Assembly (NCBI GenBank): GCA_030141605.1
Contig: JAQGDQ010000093.1
Coordinates: 310,001 to 374,000, forward strand
Reading direction: 5' to 3'
Origin: Tubiluchus corallicola
Lineage: Eukaryota > Animalia > Priapulida
DNA: 64,000 nucleotides
Under the pieces are notes generated by a model, which searched no databases, was not told the DNA's origin, and saw nothing but the letters and a program-made list of their open reading frames with translations. The position numbers and the translations under genes are program-made. Positions 62,952 through 64,000 of this stretch are shown here, in pieces. The stretch's first letter is position 1. The number at the start of each line of letters is the position of its first letter.

Positions 62952-63533
62952 AGGAAAACCAGAACCAGTCTTACTCTATAGCTCAAAACAATCTACCCTG
63001 AAAAATATTGAATTTTTTCGCTAGTTTTGTGACTAGCTTTTCGTGTTACATAAATTTTGCCATTTGCTAGTTAGACGGGCACTAGCGTTTTGATTTCAGA
63101 AATGCATTGCGTAAAACAGGCGCAGTACCTCTCAGTTCAGATGTGTTAGTTTGTGATGAACTACACACATTCGACAGCTCATGCGTGAGCACAGCGGTAA
63201 ATTTGAAATTTGAATTATTATCTTAAAACTTGCCTAGTTTTAGTACAACACACTGAACATCTTACAGTAGCACTGTACTCCAACACACTGAACATCTGAC
63301 AGTAGCACTGTACTTCAATTTTCGCTTTCGCAAACACGTGCAACACGATCGTTGAATATTTTTGCTGTTGAAAATTATGTTAGTTTGTGATGTCATCGAC
63401 AGTTTGGCTCGCCCGCCGTTAATTAACTCACTAAGCTAATATTTAATTATCAAAAACGCTTGCAGTATTAATTGTGTTACAATGTAAATTTTTTGTCGGA
63501 CTTGAAAATGGGCTACGATATGCATGTTTTCCT
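62952..63533. mobile_element. Kolobok/T2-like MITE
   Basis: TTAA-AGGAAAAC...GTTTTCCT-TTAA; homologues at ~6047-6889, ~13480-13970 and ~51560-51860. Confidence 0.7.
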
Positions 63534-63537
63534 TTAA

Positions 63538-64000
63538 CCCTTTCACTACGTTGTTGCTTTTTAACTGGGCCATGTTGATTTTTTAACTGTGCACATTTGT
63601 CTATATCTTTTTGTGGTGTGTTACTAAAACAGAATCTTGTAAATTAACAAATGGTTGTTTGTTATTGAGTACTAATATTAAATGTTAGTTTTATTTCTAC
63701 ACGTGCACACATACATACATTCACGCACGCACACGCACAAGATCATAAATCAGTAATGTACTTATATTTAGAAACCAGTTTTCACAAAAGACACAATACT
63801 AATCCATGATATGCAATGATTTTATAACACTGCAGAACAATCAACTAAACATACGTTTCATCAAAGATCTACAAGTGATTTTGTGTTGGAACATACCATA
63901 CAGTACAGTATTGTGGAATGCCCCTGGCTTCAGATGCTGATTGGCTTTCTAGCGTTACTTGTTGCAATCCCACGTCTGTTAAACTTTTCTACAATGTTTT
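63538..64000. mobile_element. piggyBac-like MITE, runs off the window
   Basis: TTAA-CCCTTTCACTAC; reverse complement of ~55410-55825. Confidence 0.72.

Overview
AT-rich, repeat-dense eukaryotic DNA from an invertebrate animal (taxon not determinable here). The six-frame ORF track is almost all noise, and the real genes have to be assembled from small GT-AG exons. Three spliced genes are supported. (1) CXXC1/CFP1 on the minus strand: 5 exons, 15944->1589, PHD finger plus the first half of the CXXC finger, continuing off the left edge. (2) A 5-exon, ~256-aa secreted stand-alone VWA-domain protein with a degenerate MIDAS site on the minus strand, 24892->19641. (3) A tandem-domain class IIb deacetylase (HDAC6-like) on the plus strand: at least 18 exons, 30419->62575, complete CD1 and the start of CD2, continuing off the right edge. 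The introns hold many non-autonomous DNA transposons (hAT-like, pogo/Tc1-mariner-like, Kolobok-like, piggyBac-like), LINE 3' ends, 5S-like SINE fragments and mini/microsatellites. The most unusual structures are an 8-bp-TSD hAT-like element carrying a Ty3/Gypsy RT-RNase H fragment folded into a 101-bp inverted repeat, a 113-bp near-perfect palindrome among candidate alternative 5' exons of HDAC6, and a 14-unit 61-bp double-hairpin array carrying AP-1/ARE-like motifs. All family assignments are by eye; no searches were run.
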